Shown here in pieces: positions 1-8,467 of a stretch of 64,000 bases of DNA (position 1 is the stretch's first letter; each line of letters begins with the position of its first letter). Below the pieces are notes generated by a model, which did not search any database, was not told the origin of the DNA, and saw only the letters and a program-made list of their open reading frames with translations. Source of the DNA: a virus. The translations under genes were made by a program, and so were the position numbers. The DNA lies in the IMG/VR virus record IMGVR_UViG_3300027908_000004. One strand, written 5' to 3'.

Positions 1-245
1 GTTACGTGTTCATGGGAGGGCACCAAACGTGCATCGGTGCCCGCATGGCAACCAAATTGGGCATAACTGAGTATAGCGCTCGGAAATACTTCGTGATGGG
101 GCAAAGCATCTCACATGGCCCTTATGAAAGCTTGTTCTTCCCACCCGGCAACCAAATCATCAATTGGTTTCTCCCGATTCGCAAGCGGGCAATCAGGGCC
201 ATCGACAGGTTCCTGGCTGGTGAGAAGCCCTGGGTGCGGGCATGA
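1..245 (+). CDS. hypothetical protein, C-terminal fragment (5' end probably outside window)
   Basis: Frame of ORF 6..245 is open to the left edge. Its stop overlaps the next start (ATGA at 242-245). Confidence 0.4.
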   Translation, partial: YVFMGGHQTCIGARMATKLGITEYSARKYFVMGQSISHGPYESLFFPPGNQIINWFLPIRKRAIRAIDRFLAGEKPWVRA

Positions 246-421
246 AGCCCGAACTGGACGCTTGCTGGCTGGAAGGCATACGTGCCTTTGAAAACGGGGT
301 GCCAAGAACCGACAACCCCTATTCATCCGGCCAGCGCACCACTGACAAAGCGGTGAATTGGTTTGGTGGTTGGGATATGGCCCAGATCATCATAGATTTT
401 AAGCCCAATCAGGCTGCCTAA
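242..421 (+). CDS. 59-aa Rmf/CrpP-like small protein
   Basis: Hand-translated ORF just under the 60-aa track cutoff: MKPELDACWLEGIRAFENGVPRTDNPYSSGQRTTDKAVNWFGGWDMAQ... The pattern G-x-x-A-x-x-x-G...NPY...W-x-GGW recalls ribosome modulation factor-type small proteins. ATGA coupling to the upstream ORF. Confidence 0.45.
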   Translation: MKPELDACWLEGIRAFENGVPRTDNPYSSGQRTTDKAVNWFGGWDMAQIIIDFKPNQAA

Positions 422-497
422 TGTTCCTACACTGCCCAGCCTAATCCGTTGGGCAGTAAGGAGCACTGGTGCTCCAATTCAACAGAAGGAGAAAGCT
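422..497 (+). repeat. early intergenic cassette, diverged copy (two hairpins plus RBS)
   Basis: After the stop: TGTTCCTACA. Hairpin 433-441/448-456 (CTGCCCAGC/GTTGGGCAG). Hairpin GGAGCA-CTGG-TGCTCC at 460-475. Then AACAGAAGGAGA before ATG 498. Confidence 0.6.
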
Positions 498-695
498 ATG
501 ATTAAAGTTAATTTCCAATGGTTGGCCGATACCAAGGGTGCGGTACGCTTCCAGGAGGTCGGTGACGATGGTCGCCCTAAGAAGTCAGACGCTGATGGGG
601 CTGTCATTGGCAGCCTCTATTTGCGCAAGGCCGCCCTCAAAGAGCTGGGCATCAGCAATCTGAAGGGCTTCACGGTCACGGTCACCGCTATCTGA
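498..695 (+). CDS. hypothetical protein (65 aa)
   Basis: ORF track entry. AAGGAG RBS 6 nt upstream. Flanked by cassette copies. Confidence 0.6.
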   Translation: MIKVNFQWLADTKGAVRFQEVGDDGRPKKSDADGAVIGSLYLRKAALKELGISNLKGFTVTVTAI

Positions 696-761
696 CGTCT
701 TACGCCCTGCCCCTAGCTAATCTGGGGGCAGTGGTGAGACGTTACTAAACAGGAGGAGAAC
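696..761 (+). repeat. early intergenic cassette, diverged copy
   Basis: Hairpin CTGCCCC 707-713 / GGGGCAG 725-731, extended by ACGTCT 695-700 / AGACGT 736-741. AACAGGAGGAGA at 748-759. Confidence 0.55.
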
Positions 762-1268
762 ATGACACTAACAATGATGCCCTATCTAGATAAGCTGAAG
801 CCTGTGCAGCAAGACTACATAGTTTGGTGCGTGAGGGAATTCAGTTTGAAACCTTACGGGCCGGACTTCCATAGGGGTTTGTTGCCGTTCCTTGCTGCTG
901 AAGAAGCCGCTTGGTATCTTGAATGCCGCAAACAGCAAATCGCAAGCGCCTATGGTTTTGTCTCAAGTGTGGGGGCCACTTCCACGTTGGACACCCTAAA
1001 GGGTACCCGATTCATAGAGTCCATCTTGGATGTGTTCCGGTTCGACCTTCCACGCGCTCCAGGGGCCAATCAAGTTATCTGGTTGAGTGATGAAAAACTA
1101 CGAAAAGCAAACAGGCGGCGGTATGCAGTCAAGATGACCATGAAACTGCCTGCGCTTAAAAATGAATTAGTGCAGTTGGAGCGCATCTCAAAAAACAATT
1201 GGAAAGTCACGGCATACAGGAATTTGCTGCCTCAAGCCCTAACAATACTTTCCGACCAATACGCCTGA
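762..1268 (+). CDS. hypothetical protein (168 aa)
   Basis: ORF track entry. Exact AACAGGAGGAGA RBS upstream. Confidence 0.65.
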   Translation: MTLTMMPYLDKLKPVQQDYIVWCVREFSLKPYGPDFHRGLLPFLAAEEAAWYLECRKQQIASAYGFVSSVGATSTLDTLKGTRFIESILDVFRFDLPRAPGANQVIWLSDEKLRKANRRRYAVKMTMKLPALKNELVQLERISKNNWKVTAYRNLLPQALTILSDQYA

Positions 1269-1338
1269 TGTTTCCACTCTGTAGCCTAACGGGCTACAGC
1301 AGGAAGCACCGATGCTTCACATGAACAGGAGGTAGATA
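1269..1338 (+). repeat. early intergenic cassette copy
   Basis: TGTTTCCACT after the stop. Hairpin CTGTAGCC 1279-1286 / GGCTACAG 1292-1299. Hairpin GAAGCA-CCGA-TGCTTC 1303-1318. Then AACAGGAGGTAGA. Confidence 0.65.
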
Positions 1339-1872
1339 ATGGCTAAGAAAGCCACGAGACGTTCTATCAAATCCAAAAAGGTCATCTTGCCCAAAAAGAT
1401 GTCCAAGCTGATAAAGGTCGCCTTACGTGACATGCGCAAGGCGGAAGCCAAGCCGGACAAATACGTAATCAACATGTCTGAGTGGTATAACCCAGACCAA
1501 ACCGTTGATTGTGTCCTGAGTGGTGATAACAACATTGTCATCGAGTCAAAGCCAGTCTGCGTAATGTGTGCCGCAGGGAGTGTCATGGCCTTCACACTGA
1601 AAGCCACGAAGGCTGCTGACGGCCCGGAACATTTTCCAGACAATGAACACCAATTGTCGGCCATCGATGATTTGCGATGTGGCCAAGTTGGGGCAGCGGC
1701 TGCTGAATTGGGATTGCATGAGACGGAGTGGGACGAAAGCACATGCTCCTACAAACCAAATCAGTTCGAGCGTTACAATACCCACATCCCTGAGTATGAC
1801 AGGGATAAGCCGGAACCTTTCCACAAAGCCATGGAAAAGCTCCAAGCCAAGCTTGAGAAAGCTGGGCTGTAA
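1339..1872 (+). CDS. hypothetical protein (177 aa)
   Basis: ORF track entry. RBS AGGAGG upstream. Overlapping track ORFs in other frames and on the other strand are shorter and lack an RBS. Confidence 0.65.
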   Translation: MAKKATRRSIKSKKVILPKKMSKLIKVALRDMRKAEAKPDKYVINMSEWYNPDQTVDCVLSGDNNIVIESKPVCVMCAAGSVMAFTLKATKAADGPEHFPDNEHQLSAIDDLRCGQVGAAAAELGLHETEWDESTCSYKPNQFERYNTHIPEYDRDKPEPFHKAMEKLQAKLEKAGL

Positions 1873-1874
1873 AT

Positions 1875-1942
1875 GTTTCTGTCCTGAGCCTTAACAAGGC
1901 TCAGTGAGAAGCATTTATGCTTCAAAACAGGAGGAGAAAACT
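1875..1942 (+). repeat. early intergenic cassette, canonical copy
   Basis: TGTTTCTGTCCTG 1875-1887. Hairpin CTGAGCC 1884-1890 / GGCTCAG 1898-1904. TGA. Hairpin GAAGCA-TTTA-TGCTTC 1908-1923. AACAGGAGGAGA 1926-1937. Confidence 0.75.
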
Positions 1943-2821
1943 ATGAGCAACTTAAACGAACGTGCAATGTTAAGCAGTCTTCACATATCGACCTGGTCAG
2001 GAATGATGATTGACCGGGCCGTGACAGACGAAGTCAATGAAAGCCACAAGGCAGCTAAGGATGCCGGGCGCTACAACAAGCGCTTGGTAGCCACCAAGTT
2101 CCTCAGTGGCATCTCACAAGCCCATAGCAATGCAAGGGCCGCCCACAGGCTTCTGACATTGCCGTGGGAGGATGACGGTACGCGCATTCTGGCAACCGTA
2201 GGCTACGAAGCCTACGTGCGCAAGATGCGTGAATGCCGCCTGAAGGCCGAAGCTGAAGTCAAGACCTTCTTGGAAAGCCCTGATGCCTATGTGCAGGAAG
2301 CCAAGCAGCGGCTGGCACAAATGTTCGACATCAATGACTACCCTGACACTTCCACGCTGGCCACCAAGTTCGGCTTTGACGTGGAAATCAAGCCGATGCC
2401 TGACGCGGCTGACTTCCGCGCCAAGCTGAGCGACGCCAGTGTGGCAGCCATCACCAAGGACATCGAAAGGCGCACCAATCAGCGCCTTGAAACGGCCATG
2501 AATGATGTCTTTAACCGGGTTGTAGAACTTGTAGGGCGCATGTCCAAGCGGTTACGTGACTATGTGCCACCCAAGGACGGCAACCGGGCGGAAGGCATCA
2601 TCCGTGATTCTGTGGTCTACGACATCAGCGAACTGGCAACGGAAGTGTTGCCAGTGCTGAACGTGACCGATGACCCACGGATAACCGCACTCCAGAAGCA
2701 ATTGCTGGACGAGCTGGTTGAGCACTCGCCTGAAATCTTGCGGGCGGATGCCAAGGTGCGGGCTGCTACGCTGAGCAAAGCAGATCGCCTGCTTAAAAAG
2801 GTCCAAGGATATTTAACGTGA
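1943..2821 (+). CDS. hypothetical protein (292 aa)
   Basis: Same frame as track ORF 1904..2821. The start was moved to ATG 1943 because the conserved RBS lies 5 nt upstream and the earlier start falls inside the cassette hairpins. Confidence 0.7.
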   Translation: MSNLNERAMLSSLHISTWSGMMIDRAVTDEVNESHKAAKDAGRYNKRLVATKFLSGISQAHSNARAAHRLLTLPWEDDGTRILATVGYEAYVRKMRECRLKAEAEVKTFLESPDAYVQEAKQRLAQMFDINDYPDTSTLATKFGFDVEIKPMPDAADFRAKLSDASVAAITKDIERRTNQRLETAMNDVFNRVVELVGRMSKRLRDYVPPKDGNRAEGIIRDSVVYDISELATEVLPVLNVTDDPRITALQKQLLDELVEHSPEILRADAKVRAATLSKADRLLKKVQGYLT

Positions 2822-2884
2822 GGCGGTTTATCCGGCGTCTCATGGCAGCTTGGAATCAACTACGTTGGTGGTGGGGCCATTGAA

Positions 2885-2969
2885 TGTTTCTGTCCTGCCC
2901 TAGTTAATTCTAGGGCAGTGAGAAGCATTACTGCTTCAGGGTCTATCAAACAGGAGGAGATAAGATAAA
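2885..2969 (+). repeat. early intergenic cassette, canonical copy
   Basis: TGTTTCTGTCCTG 2885-2897. Hairpin CTGCCCTAG 2895-2903 / CTAGGGCAG 2910-2918. TGA. Hairpin GAAGCA-TTAC-TGCTTC 2922-2937. AACAGGAGGAGA 2949-2960. Confidence 0.75.
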
Positions 2970-4007
2970 ATGAGCACTTCAACTACTACTGGAACTACGG
3001 CTGTCCGTACTGAAACAATCCAAGGTGCAAAAGAGCTGGCCAGGGTATATCGGGAAAAAGACATCCCGTTATACCTTCACAGCGCACCCGGCATTGGCAA
3101 GTCGGACATAATGCGGCAACTGGCTGCTGAGAGTGGTTCAGGCTTCATTGATATCCGCGTGGGTACCATGCTGCCTGAAGACCTCACTGGCATCCCGGTG
3201 CCTGATCTGGAGAAGCGGCTGGCGGTATGGCTGCGGGCTACGTTCTGGCCTGAAGTCAACCGAGATGGTGCCCACGGTATCATCGCGTTTGATGAATTGG
3301 CTGACGCCAACCGTCAACTGCAATCGTGCATCTACCGGGTTATCTTGGATCGTCAAATTGGCGATTACAAGTTGCCACCCGGTTGGTGGCCGATGGCTGC
3401 TGGCAACCGTAGGGAAGACCGGGCTGCGGCCCAGTCAATTTCTACGGCCCTAGCCAACAGGTTTGCCCACGTCCACGTCCGTGCTGATGACAAGGCATGG
3501 ACTGAGTGGGCTAATCTGAATGGCATCAGCCCGCTTCTGATTGGTTTCATCAAGTTCAGGCCCGGCCTCCTTCATTCAATGGAAGGGGCTGACTTGTTGG
3601 CGTTCCCATCACCACGTTCTTGGGCTAAGGCGTCCAAGGTGTTTGATATTGGTGACGCACATTTACGGTTCCGGCTGGTGGCTGGCATCGTAGGTGAGGG
3701 GGCGGCAACCGAGGTTGAGACCTTCTTCAAGGCGCTCGATCTGCCTGAAATTGAGGACATACTCAGGGATCCGCTCAAAACCCATATCCCTGATGATCCG
3801 GGTTCCCGCTATGCTTTGACCAGCTTGCTTGCCCGCAAGATGGACAAGGAAAACTTCCCGCAAATCTACAAATACATCAAGCGCGATGACTTCGGTGCCG
3901 ACTACAGCACCGTGGTGGTGCTTGATGCCACCAAGCGGGATAGCACCCTCTGTGAAACCAAAACCTTTGTTGATTGGGCAAAATCCAACAAAAGTCTCCG
4001 TCTTTAG
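2970..4007 (+). CDS. MoxR/CobS-like AAA+ ATPase
   Basis: Walker A SAPGIGKS and Walker B IIAFDELAD. Size (345 aa) and layout are typical of MoxR-class AAA_5 ATPases. Confidence 0.8.
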   Translation: MSTSTTTGTTAVRTETIQGAKELARVYREKDIPLYLHSAPGIGKSDIMRQLAAESGSGFIDIRVGTMLPEDLTGIPVPDLEKRLAVWLRATFWPEVNRDGAHGIIAFDELADANRQLQSCIYRVILDRQIGDYKLPPGWWPMAAGNRREDRAAAQSISTALANRFAHVHVRADDKAWTEWANLNGISPLLIGFIKFRPGLLHSMEGADLLAFPSPRSWAKASKVFDIGDAHLRFRLVAGIVGEGAATEVETFFKALDLPEIEDILRDPLKTHIPDDPGSRYALTSLLARKMDKENFPQIYKYIKRDDFGADYSTVVVLDATKRDSTLCETKTFVDWAKSNKSLRL

Positions 4008-4072
4008 CATTTCTGTCCTACGGCCTTACGGGGCCGTAGTGAGAAGCGCTAAGTTTCAAACAGGAGGAGAAA
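4008..4072 (+). repeat. early intergenic cassette copy
   Basis: CATTTCTGTCCTA. Hairpin CTACGGCC 4018-4025 / GGCCGTAG 4032-4039. TGAGAAGCG, with the second hairpin degenerate. AACAGGAGGAGA 4059-4070. Confidence 0.7.
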
Positions 4073-4243
4073 ATGAATGCACATAAATTAATGTGGTTAC
4101 AAATCTGTGCATGTGGGCTGTTAATACCCTCCATCGCAGTAAATGCGATCAACGGGGGTGTAGTCTGGTTAGGCGTAGACGTTATCCTATTTGCCGCAAA
4201 CGGAGCAATGGCGGTTGACAATTTCCGCAGGAGGCGGTCATGA
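4073..4243 (+). CDS. 56-aa small membrane protein (below ORF-track cutoff)
   Basis: Hand translation: MNAHKLMWLQICACGLLIPSIAVNAINGGVVWLGVDVILFAANGAMAVDNFRRRRS. Two hydrophobic segments. Canonical RBS 3 nt upstream of the ATG. The stop overlaps the next start (ATGA at 4240). Confidence 0.5.
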   Translation: MNAHKLMWLQICACGLLIPSIAVNAINGGVVWLGVDVILFAANGAMAVDNFRRRRS

Positions 4244-4584
4244 AGAAAGCCATTGAACGTGATCTGGCTGACCTCGTTGTCATCCTTGAAGATCTGACTG
4301 ACAGCATAGATGATATGCCTCAGGCAGATCTGATTGACATGGCAGCGCGGCTAAAGCCAGTCGCCAAAGCCTGCAAGGTGATTGACGAGTTCACCAAAGA
4401 ATTCGTCAAAAAGAAACTCAAAGGCAAGGGAGGGAGCGTCCCTGGTGCGTTGTTCAAGGCCAACCTGACCATCGTGCCAGTAGAACGGTTTCAGCAAAAA
4501 CTGTTCAAGGAGTCCGAGCCTGAAACCTACGCCGAATACACTAAAACTGATCAGGACCAAAGGGTCACCTTTGAAGTAAGATAA
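4240..4584 (+). CDS. hypothetical protein (114 aa)
   Basis: ORF track entry. RBS GCAGGAGG. Translationally coupled to the upstream small ORF. Confidence 0.6.
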   Translation: MKKAIERDLADLVVILEDLTDSIDDMPQADLIDMAARLKPVAKACKVIDEFTKEFVKKKLKGKGGSVPGALFKANLTIVPVERFQQKLFKESEPETYAEYTKTDQDQRVTFEVR

Positions 4585-4698
4585 ACCAATGCGGGTGTAA
4601 GTCGCTGCGTATCCTGAAATAGGGGTAGGCGTAGCCCGTCGCCGGAAGCAAGTTTGACCCACCTCTACTTCCGGCTCCCAATTCAACAGGAGGAGAAA

Positions 4699-5220
4699 AT
4701 GGCAACTGGAATTGAACTAATCCTTGGTGTTATGGGAAGATCCAAAATTGATGAAGTAGTCAAAGCCTTGGACCTTGCAATCACTTGGGATGAAAATGGG
4801 GCTGACCTACCCGAAACAACTATGGGGCACTACCTTGATAGGCGGCTCCAAACGGTCCATCAAGCCGCCCTTACCGAAGTGGGGCTGCATGTCGAACCAC
4901 CAAAAGACCCTATCTATGACTACCTTTTAGTCAAGGGGTTGGATGGGATAGCCCGCAAAACTGCAAGCTTCGGGTTGAGTCTTTACTACGATCCGTATGA
5001 AATGGGTGACGAGCCAGAAACCGCTGTCTTTGGGGTATCTCTGATCAGTAGGTACTTCCCAGTATTTCTTGATTGGCAAAAAGAAAGCGGTGGTTCAGGG
5101 GATACCATAGTCTTGGACCCTGAAACCCTAAAGCTGATTGAAATTGGCCGTCGCCACATTTCATCCGTCTTACCGTTCATTGAAACGGCTCCAATCATAG
5201 TAAAAGAACTGTTCTACTGA
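4699..5220 (+). CDS. hypothetical protein (173 aa)
   Basis: Same frame as track ORF 4654..5220. Start set at ATG 4699, directly after AACAGGAGGAGA (4685-4696). Confidence 0.65.
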   Translation: MATGIELILGVMGRSKIDEVVKALDLAITWDENGADLPETTMGHYLDRRLQTVHQAALTEVGLHVEPPKDPIYDYLLVKGLDGIARKTASFGLSLYYDPYEMGDEPETAVFGVSLISRYFPVFLDWQKESGGSGDTIVLDPETLKLIEIGRRHISSVLPFIETAPIIVKELFY

Positions 5221-5221
5221 G

Positions 5222-5288
5222 TGTTTCTGTCCTGCCCTAGCAATAGGGCAGTGAGAAGCACCTAGCTTCAAAACAGGAGGAGAGCAAT
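5222..5288 (+). repeat. early intergenic cassette, canonical copy
   Basis: TGTTTCTGTCCTG 5222-5234. Hairpin CTGCCCTA 5232-5239 / TAGGGCAG 5244-5251. TGA. Hairpin GAAGC-ACCTA-GCTTC 5255-5269. AACAGGAGGAGA 5272-5283. Confidence 0.75.
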
Positions 5289-6539
5289 ATGAGCAAGATA
5301 AAGGATAAAGCTGCGCGAGAGAAAGTTGTGGCTGCCCGAACAAATCTTTTAGTTTCGAATGGGTTTTTCGGGTTCCTTGCGTTACAACTACGCTTGGAGG
5401 AAGCCACTGACGTTGGCGGCCATGAGATACCCACCATGGGTGTGGACGGGGTTACCATATTCTACAACCCCACGTTCGTTCACTCTCTGAATGAACGGGA
5501 AATTGAAGCAGTAGAAGCGCATGAGGTAATGCACTGCTGTTTCAAACACTTTTCCCGCCGTGGCGATCGGGATCCTAAGCTGTGGAACATGGCTGGTGAT
5601 TACGTCATCAACAACGATCTCACAGCCTCGGGTTTCACCCTGCCGTGGAAGCCCTGCACTTTTGACATGTTGGTCAATTCCCGTGGCCAGTTGCCCAAAG
5701 GTGAAAAGTTTCATCTGGCTGATCCAGCGCTGGATGGGATGACCACTGAGGAAATCTATGACAAGCTGTACCAAAAGGCCACCAAAATCCAAATTCAAAT
5801 GGGTGACGGTGGTGATCCTGGCGGTTGCGGTGAAGTTCTGGATGCCCCCGGAGGGGCGGCGGGGCAGGAAGCTGCCAAGCAAACGTGGGAAACTGCGGTA
5901 CGGCAGGCGGTGGCTGTCGCAGCGGCCAACAATGCCGGGTCAATCCCCGGCAGCCTGAAGCGGCTGATTGATGATCTGAGCAAGCCCAAGGTTTCGTGGA
6001 AGGACCTGACGCGGGCCTTCATAGACCAAAGCCTGATCAAGGACATCAGTTGGTCACGGATCAGCCGTCGCAGCACTGCACTAGGGACGTTGTTGCCGGG
6101 CCTGATTTCTGACCGGCTCAACCATCTGGTCTTTGTGGTTGATACGTCAGGCAGTGTGGATGCCAAACTGCTCAACGAGTTCATGAGCGAGGTGGCTGGT
6201 GCATTGGATCAGGGCACTGCCGATCAGCTATCAGTTCTGTATGCTGATACCCGTGTTCATGACGTCGATGAGTTTGTACCGGGCGATCTGGTGACCGCCC
6301 GTGAGTTGTCAAACGGAGGGGGTGGTACTGATTTTGAAGACTCCTTCAAGTGGATCAAGGAGAAAATCCCTGATGCAAGTTGTGTCATCTACCTGACTGA
6401 CTTGCAGGTCTACAACTTTGGTGAGGACCCCGGTTGCCCGACCTTGTGGGCTGTGTTCGGGCCTTCATCCTACTACCCGCAGTTGGCTGACAAGGTGCCC
6501 TTCGGCACCCCAATACATGTATCTGGGGTCTACGAGTGA
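5289..6539 (+). CDS. VWA-domain protein with N-terminal HExxH metallopeptidase-like domain
   Basis: HEVMH motif (EAHEVMHCCFKH) in the N-terminal half. MIDAS-like DTSGS (VVDTSGSV) in the C-terminal half. This is the usual partner type for a MoxR ATPase. Confidence 0.75.
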   Translation: MSKIKDKAAREKVVAARTNLLVSNGFFGFLALQLRLEEATDVGGHEIPTMGVDGVTIFYNPTFVHSLNEREIEAVEAHEVMHCCFKHFSRRGDRDPKLWNMAGDYVINNDLTASGFTLPWKPCTFDMLVNSRGQLPKGEKFHLADPALDGMTTEEIYDKLYQKATKIQIQMGDGGDPGGCGEVLDAPGGAAGQEAAKQTWETAVRQAVAVAAANNAGSIPGSLKRLIDDLSKPKVSWKDLTRAFIDQSLIKDISWSRISRRSTALGTLLPGLISDRLNHLVFVVDTSGSVDAKLLNEFMSEVAGALDQGTADQLSVLYADTRVHDVDEFVPGDLVTARELSNGGGGTDFEDSFKWIKEKIPDASCVIYLTDLQVYNFGEDPGCPTLWAVFGPSSYYPQLADKVPFGTPIHVSGVYE

Positions 6540-6703
6540 ATTACACATGGCCGGGCAGGGTGCACATAATCGTGCACCCTCCCTACTATTATTTCACTCT
6601 GTGGGCTTTTGGACGCCGGTACCACAAAAGCAACATGACGTTCACGCCTTCCAGCCTTCGCGATTAGGCTGGAATGGTGAACGACATTTAACAGGAGGAG
6701 AAA

Positions 6704-7258
6704 ATGCACAATATTGCTAAACAGGCTGAATTGGCACAAGCGGCTATCGGTGGTGCCAAGCAATGGATTGAGGATCCCGATGCCACAAACGAGGGTATTT
6801 CTAAGGCCCTTGGTATAGCCAAGACTACAATGTCCCATGCCCGCATGATCCTTGAGTACGGGACAGCCATTGAACTGGTGGAAGTGACCAGCGGAAAAGT
6901 AGGTCTCGGGGCGGCAGCTAAAACCATACGTGCGCGGCTCAGCCCCGAGGATGTAAAAAAGGTCAAGATACGAAAAGCTGGCTGGAATAACCAGCGTCGT
7001 AAAAACCTTCAAAATGAATCTGTCATTTGGGTCAAACTTGGGGCAGCGTTATCCGCACTTACGGAGTTGCCAAGTCCAAAAGACGTTGTCCCCCTTGTAA
7101 AGAAAAACTATATGAGGGAAGTTACCACAAATCAGCACATCTATGCTGCATCAAACTGGATGGAGGAGTTTGTTCATGAATGGTCAAGATACCAGTCCGC
7201 AAAATCTGCGAAAAATACTTCTGACTCCGGAGGAAGCGACGCGGCTTCTGGAGCATAA
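6704..7258 (+). CDS. hypothetical protein with HTH-like segment (184 aa)
   Basis: ORF track entry. Exact AACAGGAGGAGA at 6690-6701. The segment ISKALGIAKTTMSHARMIL looks like a helix-turn-helix. Confidence 0.55.
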   Translation: MHNIAKQAELAQAAIGGAKQWIEDPDATNEGISKALGIAKTTMSHARMILEYGTAIELVEVTSGKVGLGAAAKTIRARLSPEDVKKVKIRKAGWNNQRRKNLQNESVIWVKLGAALSALTELPSPKDVVPLVKKNYMREVTTNQHIYAASNWMEEFVHEWSRYQSAKSAKNTSDSGGSDAASGA

Positions 7259-8021
7259 TACGCTGAATAGACCGTTGAGCGATCAGCACGTCAAGCGAAT
7301 TGCCGGTCAGATCATCGACGGCAAATGGAAGTTCAACGGCGACACCATCAAAATATCTAGTGATGGTGGGGTGCTGGATGGCCAGCACCGGCTTTGGGCT
7401 GTGGTGGAGTCAAAAATTTCAATTGAAACCATCATTGTCAGGGGTATTGCCCGTGATGCCTTTGCCACCATTGACACACTGCGCAAGCCCCGCAGCGGGG
7501 CTGACGTGCTGGCCCTTAGTGGTGCCACGCGGCACCGTGCTATCACATCAGCGGCCTTGCAATGGCTGTTGCGGTACCAGCGCGGCATACTTGAAACCTA
7601 CAGCAAGCCCATCAACAAGATTGAAAACTCAGACATTGAATCTATGTTTGAGAACAATCCTGGCATTGAACGTGCCGTGGCTCGCGTCATGGGGTTGCGG
7701 GGGCTGGCTAACCCCTCACTGGTCGGTTTCTTCTACTACATACTGACCAACCGGAGCCCTGAACTGGCTGAGCGGATGGTGTTCACGCTGGAAAACCCAG
7801 CAGGGGTATCCATCACCGACCCGTTCTTCAGGCTGAGGATGTACTTCTCAAGTGATCATCTGAAGCGCAAGGACCCGGTAGTGACCATTGCCTTGATGGT
7901 GAAAGCGGCGAACGCTGCCTACCACAATCAGGAAATCAAGGCATTGGTCTGGAGAAATCAGGGGGCTTCACCTGAGAAGTTCCCCAAACTGGAGGTTGCC
8001 TCATCGGGCAGCCCAATATGA
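7176..8021 (+). CDS. ParB-like nuclease domain (DGQHR-type) protein
   Basis: Motif LDGQHRLWAV. Start moved to ATG 7176, which has GGAGGAG 8 nt upstream. The 3' end of the previous gene overlaps it. Confidence 0.65.
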   Translation: MNGQDTSPQNLRKILLTPEEATRLLEHNTLNRPLSDQHVKRIAGQIIDGKWKFNGDTIKISSDGGVLDGQHRLWAVVESKISIETIIVRGIARDAFATIDTLRKPRSGADVLALSGATRHRAITSAALQWLLRYQRGILETYSKPINKIENSDIESMFENNPGIERAVARVMGLRGLANPSLVGFFYYILTNRSPELAERMVFTLENPAGVSITDPFFRLRMYFSSDHLKRKDPVVTIALMVKAANAAYHNQEIKALVWRNQGASPEKFPKLEVASSGSPI

Positions 8022-8036
8022 GAGGAGAAGTGAACT

Positions 8037-8393
8037 ATGTTATGGAAAATTGAGTATATTGTGGAAGGCAAGCACCTTGAGAAGGCGTTGGAAGCCGTAG
8101 CTGGGATTGCACTCAATATGCAGCCCCCGCAACCCGTCACCAATGGGATTGTGCGGGAAAAGACGGTCAAACAAGCCAAGGAGTCGGTTGCACAACACAA
8201 TCAAGTCCGTGAGCGCCTGATGCAGTGGGGCAAGAAGCCGGGTGACATCATTGCAAGTGGCGTAGTGCGTAACGCGATGCAGGAACTTGGCTTTTCACAC
8301 AATAACTACAGTTCCATCATCACCAATCTCAAGAAACAGAACTACTTGACCACAACTGAACGACGTGGCCAATTGCGGCTCCTTGACCATTAA
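8037..8393 (+). CDS. hypothetical protein (118 aa)
   Basis: ORF track entry. RBS GAGAGGAGAAG upstream. Confidence 0.55.
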   Translation: MLWKIEYIVEGKHLEKALEAVAGIALNMQPPQPVTNGIVREKTVKQAKESVAQHNQVRERLMQWGKKPGDIIASGVVRNAMQELGFSHNNYSSIITNLKKQNYLTTTERRGQLRLLDH

Positions 8394-8402
8394 GCTTTTC
8401 GG

Positions 8403-8467
8403 CAGAGACTGGTATATCCAGTCTCTAGCGAAGTGCTTTAGACACTTCTTAACAGGAGAACTATTAC
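8403..8467 (+). repeat. early intergenic cassette, diverged copy
   Basis: Hairpin AGAGACTGG 8404-8412 / CCAGTCTCT 8418-8426. Hairpin GAAGTG 8430-8435 / CACTTC 8443-8448. Then TTAACAGGAGAA. Confidence 0.55.

Noticed and set aside
1904-1942. Upstream start codons offered by the ORF track for several early genes (also 4654 and 7143)
   Set aside because: These starts lie inside the conserved hairpin cassette or upstream of the conserved RBS. The ATG directly after AACAGGAGGAGA was preferred.
422-8467. Repeated intergenic elements as a CRISPR array
   Set aside because: The repeat copies are separated by whole genes of 0.2-1.3 kb, not by 25-50-nt spacers. The repeats are not identical, and no cas genes are present.
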